Of a DNA stretch of 64,000 bases, positions 10,416 through 19,842 are shown piece by piece (position 1 is the stretch's first letter; every line of letters starts with the position of its first letter). The stretch covers positions 1 through 64,000 of the forward strand of contig CBFGIT010000012.1 in assembly GCA_965648905.1 (NCBI GenBank), in the 5' to 3' direction. The position numbers and the translations under genes were made by a program. Source of the stretch: a candidate division WOR-3 bacterium (lineage in GTDB: Bacteria > Hydrothermota > Tepidihabitantia > Tepidihabitantales > Tepidihabitantaceae). The notes beneath the pieces are model-generated. The model saw only the letters and a list, made by a program, of their open reading frames with translations, had not been told where the DNA came from and did not search any database.

Positions 10416-11537
10416 CTATCGACCGGTGATGTTCTGGACCAGACCACGGAGCAGGCCGGGCACAATCATGGCCTGCTCCGGGCAGAGTTCAATGCAGCAG
10501 TAGCACATGATACACTTCTGTCGGTCGATGACCGGGAACGGTGACATGGCGATGGCCCGGGCCGGGCAGTTGTCGGCGCACCGCTGACACTTGGTGCAGT
10601 TGCGCCGGTCGAGAAGCGGCCGGCGTTGCAGCAGCCGGTATGCGGTTGACCCGGCAAGACCGGTCGCCAAGGCCGCAACCCGACGCGACGGAAGCCTGAA
10701 CCCCTTGACCTGGGCAAAGTCGCCGACCAGCTCAATCAGCGCCTGCTCAGCCGGCCCGAGTCCGCGGCTGGCAGCAATCCGGGTTGTCGGAACCGAACCG
10801 GGGTCAGTGCCTGCCATCAGTGCCATCACGGCATCGACTGCGACCGGATTGGTGCCTGCGATAATCCGACCGATATCAAGCACACGACCGCCGCTCGGCC
10901 CGTTCTGGCCGTCCATGCCGCGCAGCGCATCAACAATCGTCAGAACCGGTATCGGCACAGTCTGGTAGATGTCGACGAGCAGCTCGGCGAACTCATCGGC
11001 GCTGCCGGTCACAGTGTGAAGAAAGGACTTGTGTCCACCCGGGATGATGCCGAACAGGTTCTTGACCGCGCCGGTGAGAATCGTCAGGGCATGGGTCTTG
11101 AACACCGGCAGGTTGAGGATGATGTCCGATTCGCCAATGAAGGTCGACACCGGAATTTCGGCCACAAATCGTGAGCGCAGCTTGAGCATGGTCGGTGTCT
11201 GCGGTGCGGTTCGGAAAGCGCCTTGGCTTGCTTCAATGACCCCGGTCGGCCGGATGAAACTGGCAATATCGGTGTTGAGTGCTCCACCTGGATTGTCGAA
11301 CACAACCACGTCTGCCGGTTTCCGTCGACGGAGTTCACGCACGACCCAGCGAACCAGTTCCGGGTCAGTGGTTACACCGGCCTCAGGCAGATGCGCGCCG
11401 AGCAGGTTGGGCTTGACCCAGACCCGCCTGCCCGAGAAATCGTAGTCCAGGAAATCGAGCGCCTCCCGAACTGCGGCAGCCAGGTCGGTGACCTTACGGA
11501 CCAGGACACGGGATAGCGGACCGCGGACGTCGGACAC
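10416..11537 (-). CDS. DUF362 domain protein with C-terminal 2x[4Fe-4S] ferredoxin
   Basis: VKPNLL, TTDP, LPVFKTH..T.LTGAVKNLFG, NPVAVD, two CxxCxxCxxxCP motifs; exact start uncertain. Confidence 0.88.
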   Translation of the reverse strand: MSDVRGPLSRVLVRKVTDLAAAVREALDFLDYDFSGRRVWVKPNLLGAHLPEAGVTTDPELVRWVVRELRRRKPADVVVFDNPGGALNTDIASFIRPTGVIEASQGAFRTAPQTPTMLKLRSRFVAEIPVSTFIGESDIILNLPVFKTHALTILTGAVKNLFGIIPGGHKSFLHTVTGSADEFAELLVDIYQTVPIPVLTIVDALRGMDGQNGPSGGRVLDIGRIIAGTNPVAVDAVMALMAGTDPGSVPTTRIAASRGLGPAEQALIELVGDFAQVKGFRLPSRRVAALATGLAGSTAYRLLQRRPLLDRRNCTKCQRCADNCPARAIAMSPFPVIDRQKCIMCYCCIELCPEQAMIVPGLLRGLVQNITGR

Positions 11538-11550
11538 CGGGCGCCGATGG

Positions 11551-11739
11551 CTACAGTTTGCCCGGAATGATGTAGAGGATGTTTGCTGGCGAGACGTCGG
11601 CGTTCGACATCGCCGACTTCTCTTCCGGTATGCCCGGTACATCCTTGAACTTCACGTCAACGGCACGGATCATGCCCTCTTTCAGAGTGTACATCGTGCA
11701 GGTAACGGTCCCACCGGACTTTAGGAAGATAACCGGCAT
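11551..11739 (-). CDS. small hypothetical protein (62 aa)
   Basis: AAAGGA SD 7 nt before the ATG; fills the gap in a co-directional operon; normal globular beta-rich composition. Confidence 0.7.
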   Translation of the reverse strand: MPVIFLKSGGTVTCTMYTLKEGMIRAVDVKFKDVPGIPEEKSAMSNADVSPANILYIIPGKL

Positions 11740-11751
11740 TCTGGGTCCTTT

Positions 11752-12945
11752 CTACTCGGGAACAGGCAGGCGACATCGGAGCGGCTTGTCCTGGCGCAGC
11801 CCGAGTGCGTAGTCGGCCTGCAGCAGCTTGTGAATCTCACGCGAGCCTTCGTAGATCTGAGCCCCTTTGGCATTCCGATAGAAGCGCTCAACGTTGTATT
11901 CGCTCGAAAACCCGTAGGCGCCGTGGATTTGGACCGCGTTGGACGCGGCCCGCTCGGCCGCGGCACAGGCGTAGAGCTTAGCAAGCGACGTCTCGCGGGT
12001 ATTGCGTTCTCCCTTGTTCTTGAGCCAGCCGGCCCTGAGCCAGAGCAAGCGGCAGGCATCGTAGTCCCCGGCCAGCTCGGCAATCATCTCCTTGATGAGC
12101 TGATGCTCGGCAATCGGCCGACCAAAGGTCGTGCGGGTTCGGGCGTAGTCGACCGAAGCATCAAGACAGGCGCGGATAAGACCGGTTGCGCCGGCAGCAA
12201 CAGTGTACCGGCCTTGGTCGATTGCGAACATGGCAATCCTGAATCCTTCACCTTCCCGGCCGAGCAGATTCTCGTCCGGCACGCGCACGTCATCGAACGA
12301 TATCGAGCCGGTGTTGCCGGCCCGAATGCCGAGTTTGCCGTGAATCGTCGCGGTCACGAGACCCTTCATGCCGCGTTCGAGCAGGAACGCCGACATGCCG
12401 GTATGGTCGCGGGCTCTCTTCTTGGCGAGGTCGGTCCAGGCAATCACCAGGAAGTGATCGGCAATGTCGGCCAGGGAAATCCACATCTTCTCGCCGGAAA
12501 GCACATACTCATTACCATCTCTTTGAGCCAGGGTCTGAATCCCGAGTGCGTCACTGCCGGCAGCGGGCTCGGTCAGACCGAAAGTGGCGACCTTTTCGCC
12601 CCGGGCCTGAGGCACGAGCCAGCGCTGTTTCTGATCTTCGGTTCCCCAGCTCAGCAGGGTCAGGCAGTTCAGACCGACGTGCACCGACATCACCACCCTG
12701 AGTGCGGTGTCAATGTACTCAAGTTCCTCACACGCCAGACCTAGACTGATGTAGTCGTTACCGGTTCCGCCGTAGCGGGCCGGAACCGACAGCCCGAGCA
12801 AACCGGACTCGGCCATACCGGTCAGGAAGTCGCGGCTGAAACAGGCGGTCTCGTCACATTGTTTGATGGTCGCAGCCTGGCGGGACGCAAACTCCCGGGC
12901 CAGTGACTGCACCATCAGATGTTCTTCGGTGAAAGACAGGTCCAA
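11752..12945 (-). CDS. acyl-CoA dehydrogenase
   Basis: FGLTEPAAGSD, GEKMWIS, QIHGAYG, IYEGSREI. Confidence 0.93.
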   Translation of the reverse strand: MDLSFTEEHLMVQSLAREFASRQAATIKQCDETACFSRDFLTGMAESGLLGLSVPARYGGTGNDYISLGLACEELEYIDTALRVVMSVHVGLNCLTLLSWGTEDQKQRWLVPQARGEKVATFGLTEPAAGSDALGIQTLAQRDGNEYVLSGEKMWISLADIADHFLVIAWTDLAKKRARDHTGMSAFLLERGMKGLVTATIHGKLGIRAGNTGSISFDDVRVPDENLLGREGEGFRIAMFAIDQGRYTVAAGATGLIRACLDASVDYARTRTTFGRPIAEHQLIKEMIAELAGDYDACRLLWLRAGWLKNKGERNTRETSLAKLYACAAAERAASNAVQIHGAYGFSSEYNVERFYRNAKGAQIYEGSREIHKLLQADYALGLRQDKPLRCRLPVPE

Positions 12946-12949
12946 TGGG

Positions 12950-14263
12950 TTAGACGCCGGACTTCCGGGCTGAGGTCAGTCCGACCCGGCGGTAGACCGC
13001 ATCGACGTTGCGCAGCAGCCGCTTCAGGTCAAGCGCGCGCGCCAACGCGCGGCGGTCCAGGGCCGCGGTAATGGCTGGATGCTCACGGCAGGCGGCGTTG
13101 AAATCCCGACCCTGGGTCTGGCAGTCAAAGGCAAGCTGCTGGACCAGCGAGTACGCGCGGTCACGGTCCATGCCGGCGCGGACCAGCTCGAGCAGAACCG
13201 CCTGGGACAGGAACGCGTGGGCTGAGCCTTCGAGGTTGGCAAGCATCCGGTCGGGCCGAACCACGAGTCCTGAGAGCACGCCGGTCATCTTGCGAATCAT
13301 GTAGTGCGTCAGCGTGAACGACTCAGGGATGATGACCCGTTCGTTCGCCGAATTGGACAGGTCGCGCTCATGCCAGAGCGCGATGTTCTCGAACGCCACT
13401 GCCGCGTAACTGCGCACGAGCCGGGCAAGGCTGGTAACCCGCTCGCAGATAATCGGGTTCTTCTTGTGGGGCATGGCCGACGAGCCGCGCTGGCCCCGGC
13501 CGAACGGCTCGGCCACTTCGCTGATTTCCGTGCGCTGGAGGTTGCGGATTTCGGTCGCCATGCGCTCCAGTCCTGAGGCGACCAGCGCCAGCACTGAGAG
13601 CACGAGCGCGTGCCGGTCGCGCGGGATGACCTGAGTTGAGACCGGTTCGACCTTGAGGCCCAGCCGGCGCATGACCTTGGCCTCGACCTCAGGACCAAGC
13701 TGAGTATAGGCCCCGACCACGCCCGAAAGCTTGCCATGGCCGATTTCGGCGGCCGCGGTTCGGACCCGCTCGATGTTGCGGCTCGTCTCCTGATACCAGG
13801 ACAGACACTTAAGCCCGAACGTAATCGGCTCGGCATGCATACCGTGAGTCCGGCCAATCATCGGGGTGTGCCGGTAAGCAAGCGCCAGACGCGCGGTTTC
13901 GACTTTGAGGTCGCCGAGCGCGGCATCGACCATCGCCAGGGCCGAAACGCAGCGCAGGGACAGCGCCGTGTCGACCACGTCATACGACGTCAGGCCATAG
14001 TGGACGTACTTGCCGGCCCGGCCGATGCTGGCGGCCACGCTCCTGGTGAACGCGATGACATCATGGTTCGTGACCTTCTCAAACTCGTCAATCTCTTCGA
14101 GTCTGAACGTTGCCCGCTGGATAGCGCGGGCCGCGCTCCCGGGGATGAGTCCAAGCTCGGCCTGAACCAGTGCGACGGTCTTTTCCACCAGCAGCCACGA
14201 CTGGAACTTCGCTTCCTCGTTCCACAGCGCGGCCATTTCCGGAGTGTCATAGCGCGTTGTCAC
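12950..14263 (-). CDS. purB: adenylosuccinate lyase
   Basis: HYGLTSYD, GRTHG, GSSAMPHKKNP signature. Confidence 0.96.
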   Translation of the reverse strand: MTTRYDTPEMAALWNEEAKFQSWLLVEKTVALVQAELGLIPGSAARAIQRATFRLEEIDEFEKVTNHDVIAFTRSVAASIGRAGKYVHYGLTSYDVVDTALSLRCVSALAMVDAALGDLKVETARLALAYRHTPMIGRTHGMHAEPITFGLKCLSWYQETSRNIERVRTAAAEIGHGKLSGVVGAYTQLGPEVEAKVMRRLGLKVEPVSTQVIPRDRHALVLSVLALVASGLERMATEIRNLQRTEISEVAEPFGRGQRGSSAMPHKKNPIICERVTSLARLVRSYAAVAFENIALWHERDLSNSANERVIIPESFTLTHYMIRKMTGVLSGLVVRPDRMLANLEGSAHAFLSQAVLLELVRAGMDRDRAYSLVQQLAFDCQTQGRDFNAACREHPAITAALDRRALARALDLKRLLRNVDAVYRRVGLTSARKSGV

Positions 14264-14291
14264 GAGTGGTTTCTCCTATCTCCGGCCCGGC

Positions 14292-15446
14292 TCAGCGCAG
14301 CCGGTAAAGCAGCCGAATCTGCTCGCCACCGCGGTCAATCACGATGTCGAGCGTACCTGAAAGCCGGGCGTACTGCCGGGCAAAACCCGCGGCCGAGTTG
14401 ACGCGCTTGCCCTGTGCCATCAGGATGACGTCGCCCGGTGCCATGCCGATGGTCTCGGCGATGCTGCCCGGCTTCACCCTGGTTACGACCACGCCCCGAC
14501 GGTAGGCCAGGTTGAAGTTCGTCCGCAAAGCGGCAGTGATATCCGAAACCGCGGCACCGAGTTCGGTTTCCTGAGTCTTTGCGCCGCCTTCGGCCGGGGC
14601 CTGACCTCTGACCTCGCGCACAAACTGCTTCACGTCGTTGATGGGCCGGGCAAACCCGATGCCCTCAGAGCCGCCCGAATGGCTGAAGATGAAGGTGTTG
14701 ATGCCGATGACCTCGCCCACGGCATTGACCAGCGCGCCGCCCGAATTGCCGGGATTGATGGCCGCGTCGGTCTGAATCATGTCGGTGAACACCCGACCAT
14801 CCCGGCCTGACTTCACGTCCCGGCGTACCGCGGAGACAACTCCGACCGTCACGGTCGGTTGCGCATCCTCAATCATGAACCCGAATGGATTGCCGATGGC
14901 AATTGCCCACTCGCCGATGATGACGTCGTCGGAGTTTCCGAGCTTGGCCGCGGGCAGGTCAGCGCCGCTGACTTTGAGCAAGGCCAGGTCACGCATCTCA
15001 TCTATCCCTTCTATCTCGGCCTCGAACTCGCGGTTGTCGGGCAGGGTCACCTTGATTCGTGTTGCATTCTGGACCACGTGCGCATTGGTGATGACGTCAC
15101 CGCCTGAGGCGATGATGACTCCGGAACCCATCGACTTGATTTCCTGGCGGAAACTCCGGCGGGGAAAGAAGTCGCGGAAGAAATCGTCAAACCCGCCAAA
15201 GCCAAATGGGTCATAGGTGACGACCCGGGTCTGAGTAACGGTAACCGAAACCACGGCCGGGCTGACGTTCCGGGCAGCAATGACGATGGCATTGGTGCGC
15301 GAGTTCGAGATGTCGCCGGACAGCGAAGCCGGGATAACGGTTCCGACCGGCAGTCCTTCAGACCGTCCTCGGTGGTTCGCAACAAGGATGCCCAGCACCG
15401 CCACGAGCGCCGCGACAAGAGAGAGGCCGAGCAAGGCTCGCTTCAT
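14292..15446 (-). CDS. HtrA/DegP-family serine protease with PDZ domain
   Basis: N-terminal TM, GSGVII, TNAHVV, DLALL, QTDAAINPGNSGG, PDZ; start at MKRALLG. Confidence 0.93.
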   Translation of the reverse strand: MKRALLGLSLVAALVAVLGILVANHRGRSEGLPVGTVIPASLSGDISNSRTNAIVIAARNVSPAVVSVTVTQTRVVTYDPFGFGGFDDFFRDFFPRRSFRQEIKSMGSGVIIASGGDVITNAHVVQNATRIKVTLPDNREFEAEIEGIDEMRDLALLKVSGADLPAAKLGNSDDVIIGEWAIAIGNPFGFMIEDAQPTVTVGVVSAVRRDVKSGRDGRVFTDMIQTDAAINPGNSGGALVNAVGEVIGINTFIFSHSGGSEGIGFARPINDVKQFVREVRGQAPAEGGAKTQETELGAAVSDITAALRTNFNLAYRRGVVVTRVKPGSIAETIGMAPGDVILMAQGKRVNSAAGFARQYARLSGTLDIVIDRGGEQIRLLYRLR

Positions 15447-15505
15447 ACGGCTCAGTGTAACACGCCCCATGCCCGGCGTCAAGGAAACGGACCGACCTGA
15501 GCTCA

Positions 15506-15554
15506 CAGAATGGAGAATGCAGAATGCAGAGTGCAGAATGCAAAGTGCAAGACG
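15506..15554. repeat. heptamer microsatellite (CAGAATG)n
   Basis: cagaatg gagaatg cagaatg cagagtg cagaatg caaagtg caagacg. Confidence 0.85.
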
Positions 15555-15698
15555 ACGGATGGAGCGCAAGACGGACGGCGAAGAGCGAGAGGCGCTACCA
15601 CGACCGGTGTCAATAATCCCGGGAGGTGCCGCCGAAACTATCCACGCTCACAGGGTCATCCTTTCACGGTAGGCAGCAGCCTACATGCAGACAAGCAA

Positions 15699-15726
15699 CA
15701 GGAGGCGACTTCACGGCCGCCTCCTG
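15699..15726 (-). terminator. hairpin downstream of the large secreted protein gene
   Basis: CAGGAGGCG-N10-CGCCTCCTG inverted repeat. Confidence 0.55.
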
Positions 15727-15743
15727 CATGATTGGCAGAGAGT

Positions 15744-18700
15744 CTACCGACCCAGCGCGTCCTGCCGCTGCACCACGAGCTTCCGCGAGCCCGTGAAGTC
15801 TCGGCTTGAGAGCTTCACCAAGTATACGCCATTGCTCAGGTGTCGCAGGTCGAGGTTCGCGCCGCTCCGCCCCGCGGCGAGCAACTGCACCATCACCCGC
15901 TGCCCGGTCACATCATACACCGAGAGCTCGGCCGTCCCGGCCTGAGGCAGACCGTAGTGCAGTACCGCAAAGCCTGAGGCGATGGGGTTCGGGCTGAGGC
16001 GCATGTCCTCTGGTGCAAGCTCAGTCCGCTTTGCCGCCACCCCGTCCTGCCGCGGGGCGTCGAACAGGAGTCCGTCCTTACTGTATGCCCAGAGCGAGTT
16101 CGACTTGTTGCCCTTGGTCGCATACAGCACGTCGCCGACCGCGGCGATGCCCGCGCCGGCCTTCACCTTCTTCCTTTCACCCGGCGCTACCGACGGTATC
16201 GTCTCCTTTTCGGTCCAGGTGTTGCCGGCTATCGAGTACTGCCAGAACTCGATAGTGTTCCCGCCCTTTAGCGCGTAGATGTTATCGTCCATGAACGCGC
16301 CGCAACTGCCGTCTTTGGCCTTGTGGGAACCAAGAGAACTCAGCAGCGGCATCGGGTCAAGTGCCGCACTCCACGAGTCTCCGTCCGGGCTGTATCGGTA
16401 GAACTCGTGGTACTTCGACTTGAAGGCGTATATCTTCTTGCTCACGTCGTCATACGCCAGCCACGAGCCTTTGTCCCACTTGATGTTCCTGCCGGTCGGC
16501 GCCGGGCTAAGAGCCTTCCACGAATCGCCCGCCACGTCGTAGCAGTAGAACTCGTTCTTGTAACCCTTCAGCAGGTACGGGCTACCGACCGAGCCGTTGT
16601 AGGCGAAGACTAGGTCGGTGCCGCCTTTGACACGTTTGTTGGTGGTTCCGAGCGGCACGTCCGCCTTCTGCTGCCAGGAGTCGCCGTCGGCATAGTACTT
16701 CCAGAACCCCAGCGTGTTGTTGCCCTTGGTGGCGTACACCGCGCCGTTGCCGTCCGCACACCCGGCCGCGCCTTTGCTCGGCGGCTTGTTCTCCCGGCCG
16801 CGCGGCCAGGACATGCGAGCACCCCACGAATCTCCGAGCGGAGCATAGGCGTAGAAGTCGGCCTGCTTGTTGCCCCGCGCTGCAAAGATGCGCCCCTTAT
16901 TCGCGTCGTACTCCAGCCAGCCGCCGTCGGCAATTGGCTTGATTCCGGTCGGCATCGGCGTCTTCGCACTCCAGCCGCCGCCGGGAGGCGGCGCCTTAGG
17001 CACGACCACCACCTGTCCGGTCTGTTGGTCGTTGGCCGCCACCTGGTCTCCGAATACCTGCACCGAACAGCGGACGTCGAACTTCCCACATGGGCTTGCG
17101 GTCCAGCCCGGGAACTCAACGTAGGCGGCGGTGCCGGGGTAGAGGTCATCAGGCCTGAAGACTTTGACCGTCGGCCAGTCGAGCGGGCCGGTTATGCTGC
17201 ACATGATGCTGCAGCCTGATACGGTCGTCGTCCCGAAGTTGAAGAGCGAACAGGCCGGAATCACGACCGTGCCTGAATCTACGCTGCCCGCCGGTGCAAC
17301 AAGCCGGGTAACGGCTACGTCCGTCACCTTGACATTGACCAGGCCGCTTGCCTTGTCGTTGCCCGGTTTCATGTCGGTCGCAAGCTCGGTCGAGCACCTC
17401 ACGGCATTGCTGCCCCGCGTCAGCGCCGTCCAGCTCGGGAACGTCACGTACGCGCGGGTGCCCGGCGGCTGCGCGGGGATGTAGGCTGCTTCGTTGTAGG
17501 TCGCGCCAATCTTCATCCGCACGCTGCAGCTTGCCGCCCCGGTGCCCCAGTTGCACACTGAGCAGGCCGGCGTTATGACCGTACCCGAGTCCACGTTACC
17601 GGCAGGCGCGGCAATGGCTGTTACTCCCACGTCGGCCACGCGCACCATGACCGAATCGACCTTCCGGTCGTTCGCGTTGTTCTGGTCGCCGGTAAGCTCG
17701 GTGGAACAGCGCACGCTGTAGGTCCCGCGCCCGCCCGCGGTCCAGTTGGCAAAGGTCACGTATCGCGCCGTGCCCGGCGCGTGGCTGGTCACGCGCGCCG
17801 TGTCGTTGTACCCGGTCCCGATGCGCATCCGCACCCGGTAGCTCTCGGTCGTGCTGCCGAAGTTGTAGAGCGTGCAGGCGGGCGTTACCGCTGAACCGGA
17901 ATCCACCGTGCCGGTCGGGCGGACCAGACTGAGGCAGCCGACGTCAGGCCACGGATTGCCAGTGGGGTTGCGGGAGAAGTATGTCTCCGTAGAAGTGCCT
18001 TCCCGCGAGTCGCTCCAAATGAGATACACAGTACCGCCGTCGGCCGCTGCGTTCGGATAGGTTGCATCGTAGCCGGAGTTTGAGACGTTCGTATCCGGCC
18101 CCCAAGTCGCTCCGCAGTCGGTTGAACGTCTATAGAACACCTGACTCGGGCCAGTCCTAGTGTCTGCCCAAGCGAGGTGGACAGCAGTGCCCGAAGCCAT
18201 GGCGTTGACCCAGTTGGCCCTGCCTGACGAGTTGACGACGCCGGTGTCGCCTCTCCAAGTCGAACCACCGTCCGTCGAACGTCTCATACGGATATCCGGA
18301 TCCGTGTTCCTGCCGTAGAACACGTAGACGTTGCTACCACTGGCCGCAATGCAGCCAGAGTTCTCGCCCCCCAGGGAAACCGACGTTCCCCATGTTGCAC
18401 CGGCGTTTGTAGAGCGCACGTAGTATTGACCGAACCCATCAAAGAACGTCAGGTGCACAGTATCTCCCGCAACCGCCAGCGACGGCAGGAAGCCGTAGCC
18501 GATGTACTGATTGGAGGACCATGTGCTGCCGCCGTTAGTAGAGCGGCAGCAGTACACGTTGTGGCCCGGCCCGGCCGCGAACGCGAGATAGACGGCATTG
18601 CCGGTTGCGACTATACAGGGAGGGAAGTAACCCTCGTTGTAGTACGTACCGATGGACGCTTCGCTCAGCCACGTCTGGCCGTAGTCAGTCGAACGCACGA

Positions 18701-19097
18701 CATAGACCATTTCACCGCTTCGGTTGTCGAACCATGCCACATACACGTTCGTGCCTGCCGCAGCCACGACGGGGTGAAACGCCCTCGCCGAACCCGTGAC
18801 AAGCGGGACATCCGACGACCACGACATTCCGCGATTGGTCGAACGCTTGTAGAAGACGTCGTCATTTCCATTCCGACGGTCAGACCAGACTGCGTGGACG
18901 TATTGCCCGCTGCCGGTGACCGCCCAGCTGTTGTTGAACGGTGACTCACTGCTGTTGAGTGAGTCGGACAACCTGACCGGCGTCTGCCATTGCCCAAGCG
19001 CAAGACCGCTGATGGCAAGCAGGACGCAGACAAACACCGCGGCACTCAGGCCGCAACGACTGCGAACCGAGTTCTGTTTCAGCACAACACTATCCAC
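15744..19097 (-). CDS. large secreted protein: BNR/sialidase-like propeller + 3 CARDB/Ig repeats + Kelch propeller + T9SS-like C-terminal domain
   Basis: AGGAGG SD before GTG 19097; signal peptide; repeated RSTxxGxTW Asp-boxes; three 104-aa DV...VDSG...PAC repeats; KGNNTLGFWKY/KGGNTIEFWQY Kelch repeats; SPNP...YDVTG...GVYLVK...KLVV. Confidence 0.88.
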   Translation of the reverse strand: MDSVVLKQNSVRSRCGLSAAVFVCVLLAISGLALGQWQTPVRLSDSLNSSESPFNNSWAVTGSGQYVHAVWSDRRNGNDDVFYKRSTNRGMSWSSDVPLVTGSARAFHPVVAAAGTNVYVAWFDNRSGEMVYVVRSTDYGQTWLSEASIGTYYNEGYFPPCIVATGNAVYLAFAAGPGHNVYCCRSTNGGSTWSSNQYIGYGFLPSLAVAGDTVHLTFFDGFGQYYVRSTNAGATWGTSVSLGGENSGCIAASGSNVYVFYGRNTDPDIRMRRSTDGGSTWRGDTGVVNSSGRANWVNAMASGTAVHLAWADTRTGPSQVFYRRSTDCGATWGPDTNVSNSGYDATYPNAAADGGTVYLIWSDSREGTSTETYFSRNPTGNPWPDVGCLSLVRPTGTVDSGSAVTPACTLYNFGSTTESYRVRMRIGTGYNDTARVTSHAPGTARYVTFANWTAGGRGTYSVRCSTELTGDQNNANDRKVDSVMVRVADVGVTAIAAPAGNVDSGTVITPACSVCNWGTGAASCSVRMKIGATYNEAAYIPAQPPGTRAYVTFPSWTALTRGSNAVRCSTELATDMKPGNDKASGLVNVKVTDVAVTRLVAPAGSVDSGTVVIPACSLFNFGTTTVSGCSIMCSITGPLDWPTVKVFRPDDLYPGTAAYVEFPGWTASPCGKFDVRCSVQVFGDQVAANDQQTGQVVVVPKAPPPGGGWSAKTPMPTGIKPIADGGWLEYDANKGRIFAARGNKQADFYAYAPLGDSWGARMSWPRGRENKPPSKGAAGCADGNGAVYATKGNNTLGFWKYYADGDSWQQKADVPLGTTNKRVKGGTDLVFAYNGSVGSPYLLKGYKNEFYCYDVAGDSWKALSPAPTGRNIKWDKGSWLAYDDVSKKIYAFKSKYHEFYRYSPDGDSWSAALDPMPLLSSLGSHKAKDGSCGAFMDDNIYALKGGNTIEFWQYSIAGNTWTEKETIPSVAPGERKKVKAGAGIAAVGDVLYATKGNKSNSLWAYSKDGLLFDAPRQDGVAAKRTELAPEDMRLSPNPIASGFAVLHYGLPQAGTAELSVYDVTGQRVMVQLLAAGRSGANLDLRHLSNGVYLVKLSSRDFTGSRKLVVQRQDALGR
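17010..17945 (-). repeat. three tandem 312-bp CARDB-like coding repeats
   Basis: Asp of the DV motif at 17945, 17633 and 17321 (312-nt period). Confidence 0.8.
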
Positions 19098-19149
19098 ATT
19101 GCCTCCTAGTGTGTGAGCGGCTTCAGCCTTGTCAGGCTCGTCCCCGCCG

Positions 19150-19276
19150 AAAAAGAAAAAGCCCGGCCAGTCAAGGCCGGGAACCTTTTGCCTGAACCCT
19201 AGACCGGTTCCGACCCGCCCATCACCGACAGGCCATTCTGGCGGCAGGAGTCTAGCGCCCCGTCGCCTCTTGTCAA
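19150..19276 (-). promoter_or_regulatory. promoter plus leader with intrinsic terminator/antiterminator (attenuator-like)
   Basis: TTGACA-N16-TAGACT (19276-19249); CCCGGCC-TTGACT-GGCCGGG-CTTTTTCTTTTT located before the SD/GTG. Confidence 0.65.
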
Positions 19277-19379
19277 CAAATGCCGGCAAGAGGCTGAAGG
19301 ACAGTCACAGAGTGATACCGTCGAGATAAAAAGAGCAGCGGTCTTGAAACCGCCGGCCGGTCTAGGAGGCCGACCGGTA

Positions 19380-19625
19380 GACCCACCGGTGGCAGGGCTG
19401 GTGAGCGGAGTGCGGGCCGGATTGGTGGCCGGGTTCCTGACCCCATTGTTGCCAGGACTGGGCGTAGAATTGGTGCGGGGTCTGGTCGCAGGATTGTTGC
19501 GGAGACTGGTCCCAGGATTGGTACGGGGGCTGGTGGCAGGATTGTTACGAAGACTGGTCGCAGGGTTGGTGCATGAACCGGTCCCAGGGTTGGCCCGCGG
19601 ACTGGTGGCAGGAGCGGTAGCAGGA
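19380..19625. repeat. 12/24/48-nt hierarchical tandem repeat
   Basis: 24-mers from 19467: gaattggtgcggggtctggtcgca, ggattgttgcggagactggtccca, ggattggtacgggggctggtggca, ggattgttacgaagactggtcgca, gggttggtgcatgaaccggtccca, gggttggcccgcggactggtggca. Confidence 0.85.
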
Positions 19626-19725
19626 CCGGAGGGCCCGGGGGGCCGGGATTTTGGCCGGGTGAAGAAAAACTGCAACGTTTTGGGCGGTTTTTGAAGACTA
19701 TGTATAGGAGCAGGAGGAAACAGGC

Positions 19726-19842
19726 ATGCACGACTCATCCGCAACCGCCTTTGCCGAGTTTCTGGCCAGCATAAGGCTGGCCCTGTGCTGGCTTCGGTGT
19801 GTCAGGCCTGGGCCGGCGCGTGAGTTGCCGTTGCTCGGTTAG
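19726..19842 (+). CDS. putative 38-aa small protein
   Basis: AGGAGG SD 8 nt upstream of the ATG and an ECF-like TGCAAC-N17-AAGACT element further upstream; MHDSSATAFAEFLASIRLALCWLRCVRPGPARELPLLG. Confidence 0.3.
   Translation: MHDSSATAFAEFLASIRLALCWLRCVRPGPARELPLLG

Noticed and set aside
15447..15569. N-terminal extension of HtrA (MRSIRRLALCILHSAFCILH)
   Set aside because: It is a translation of the heptamer repeat and lies upstream of the promoter
19380..19625. CRISPR array
   Set aside because: The units are contiguous degenerate tandem repeats without unique spacers, and no cas genes are present
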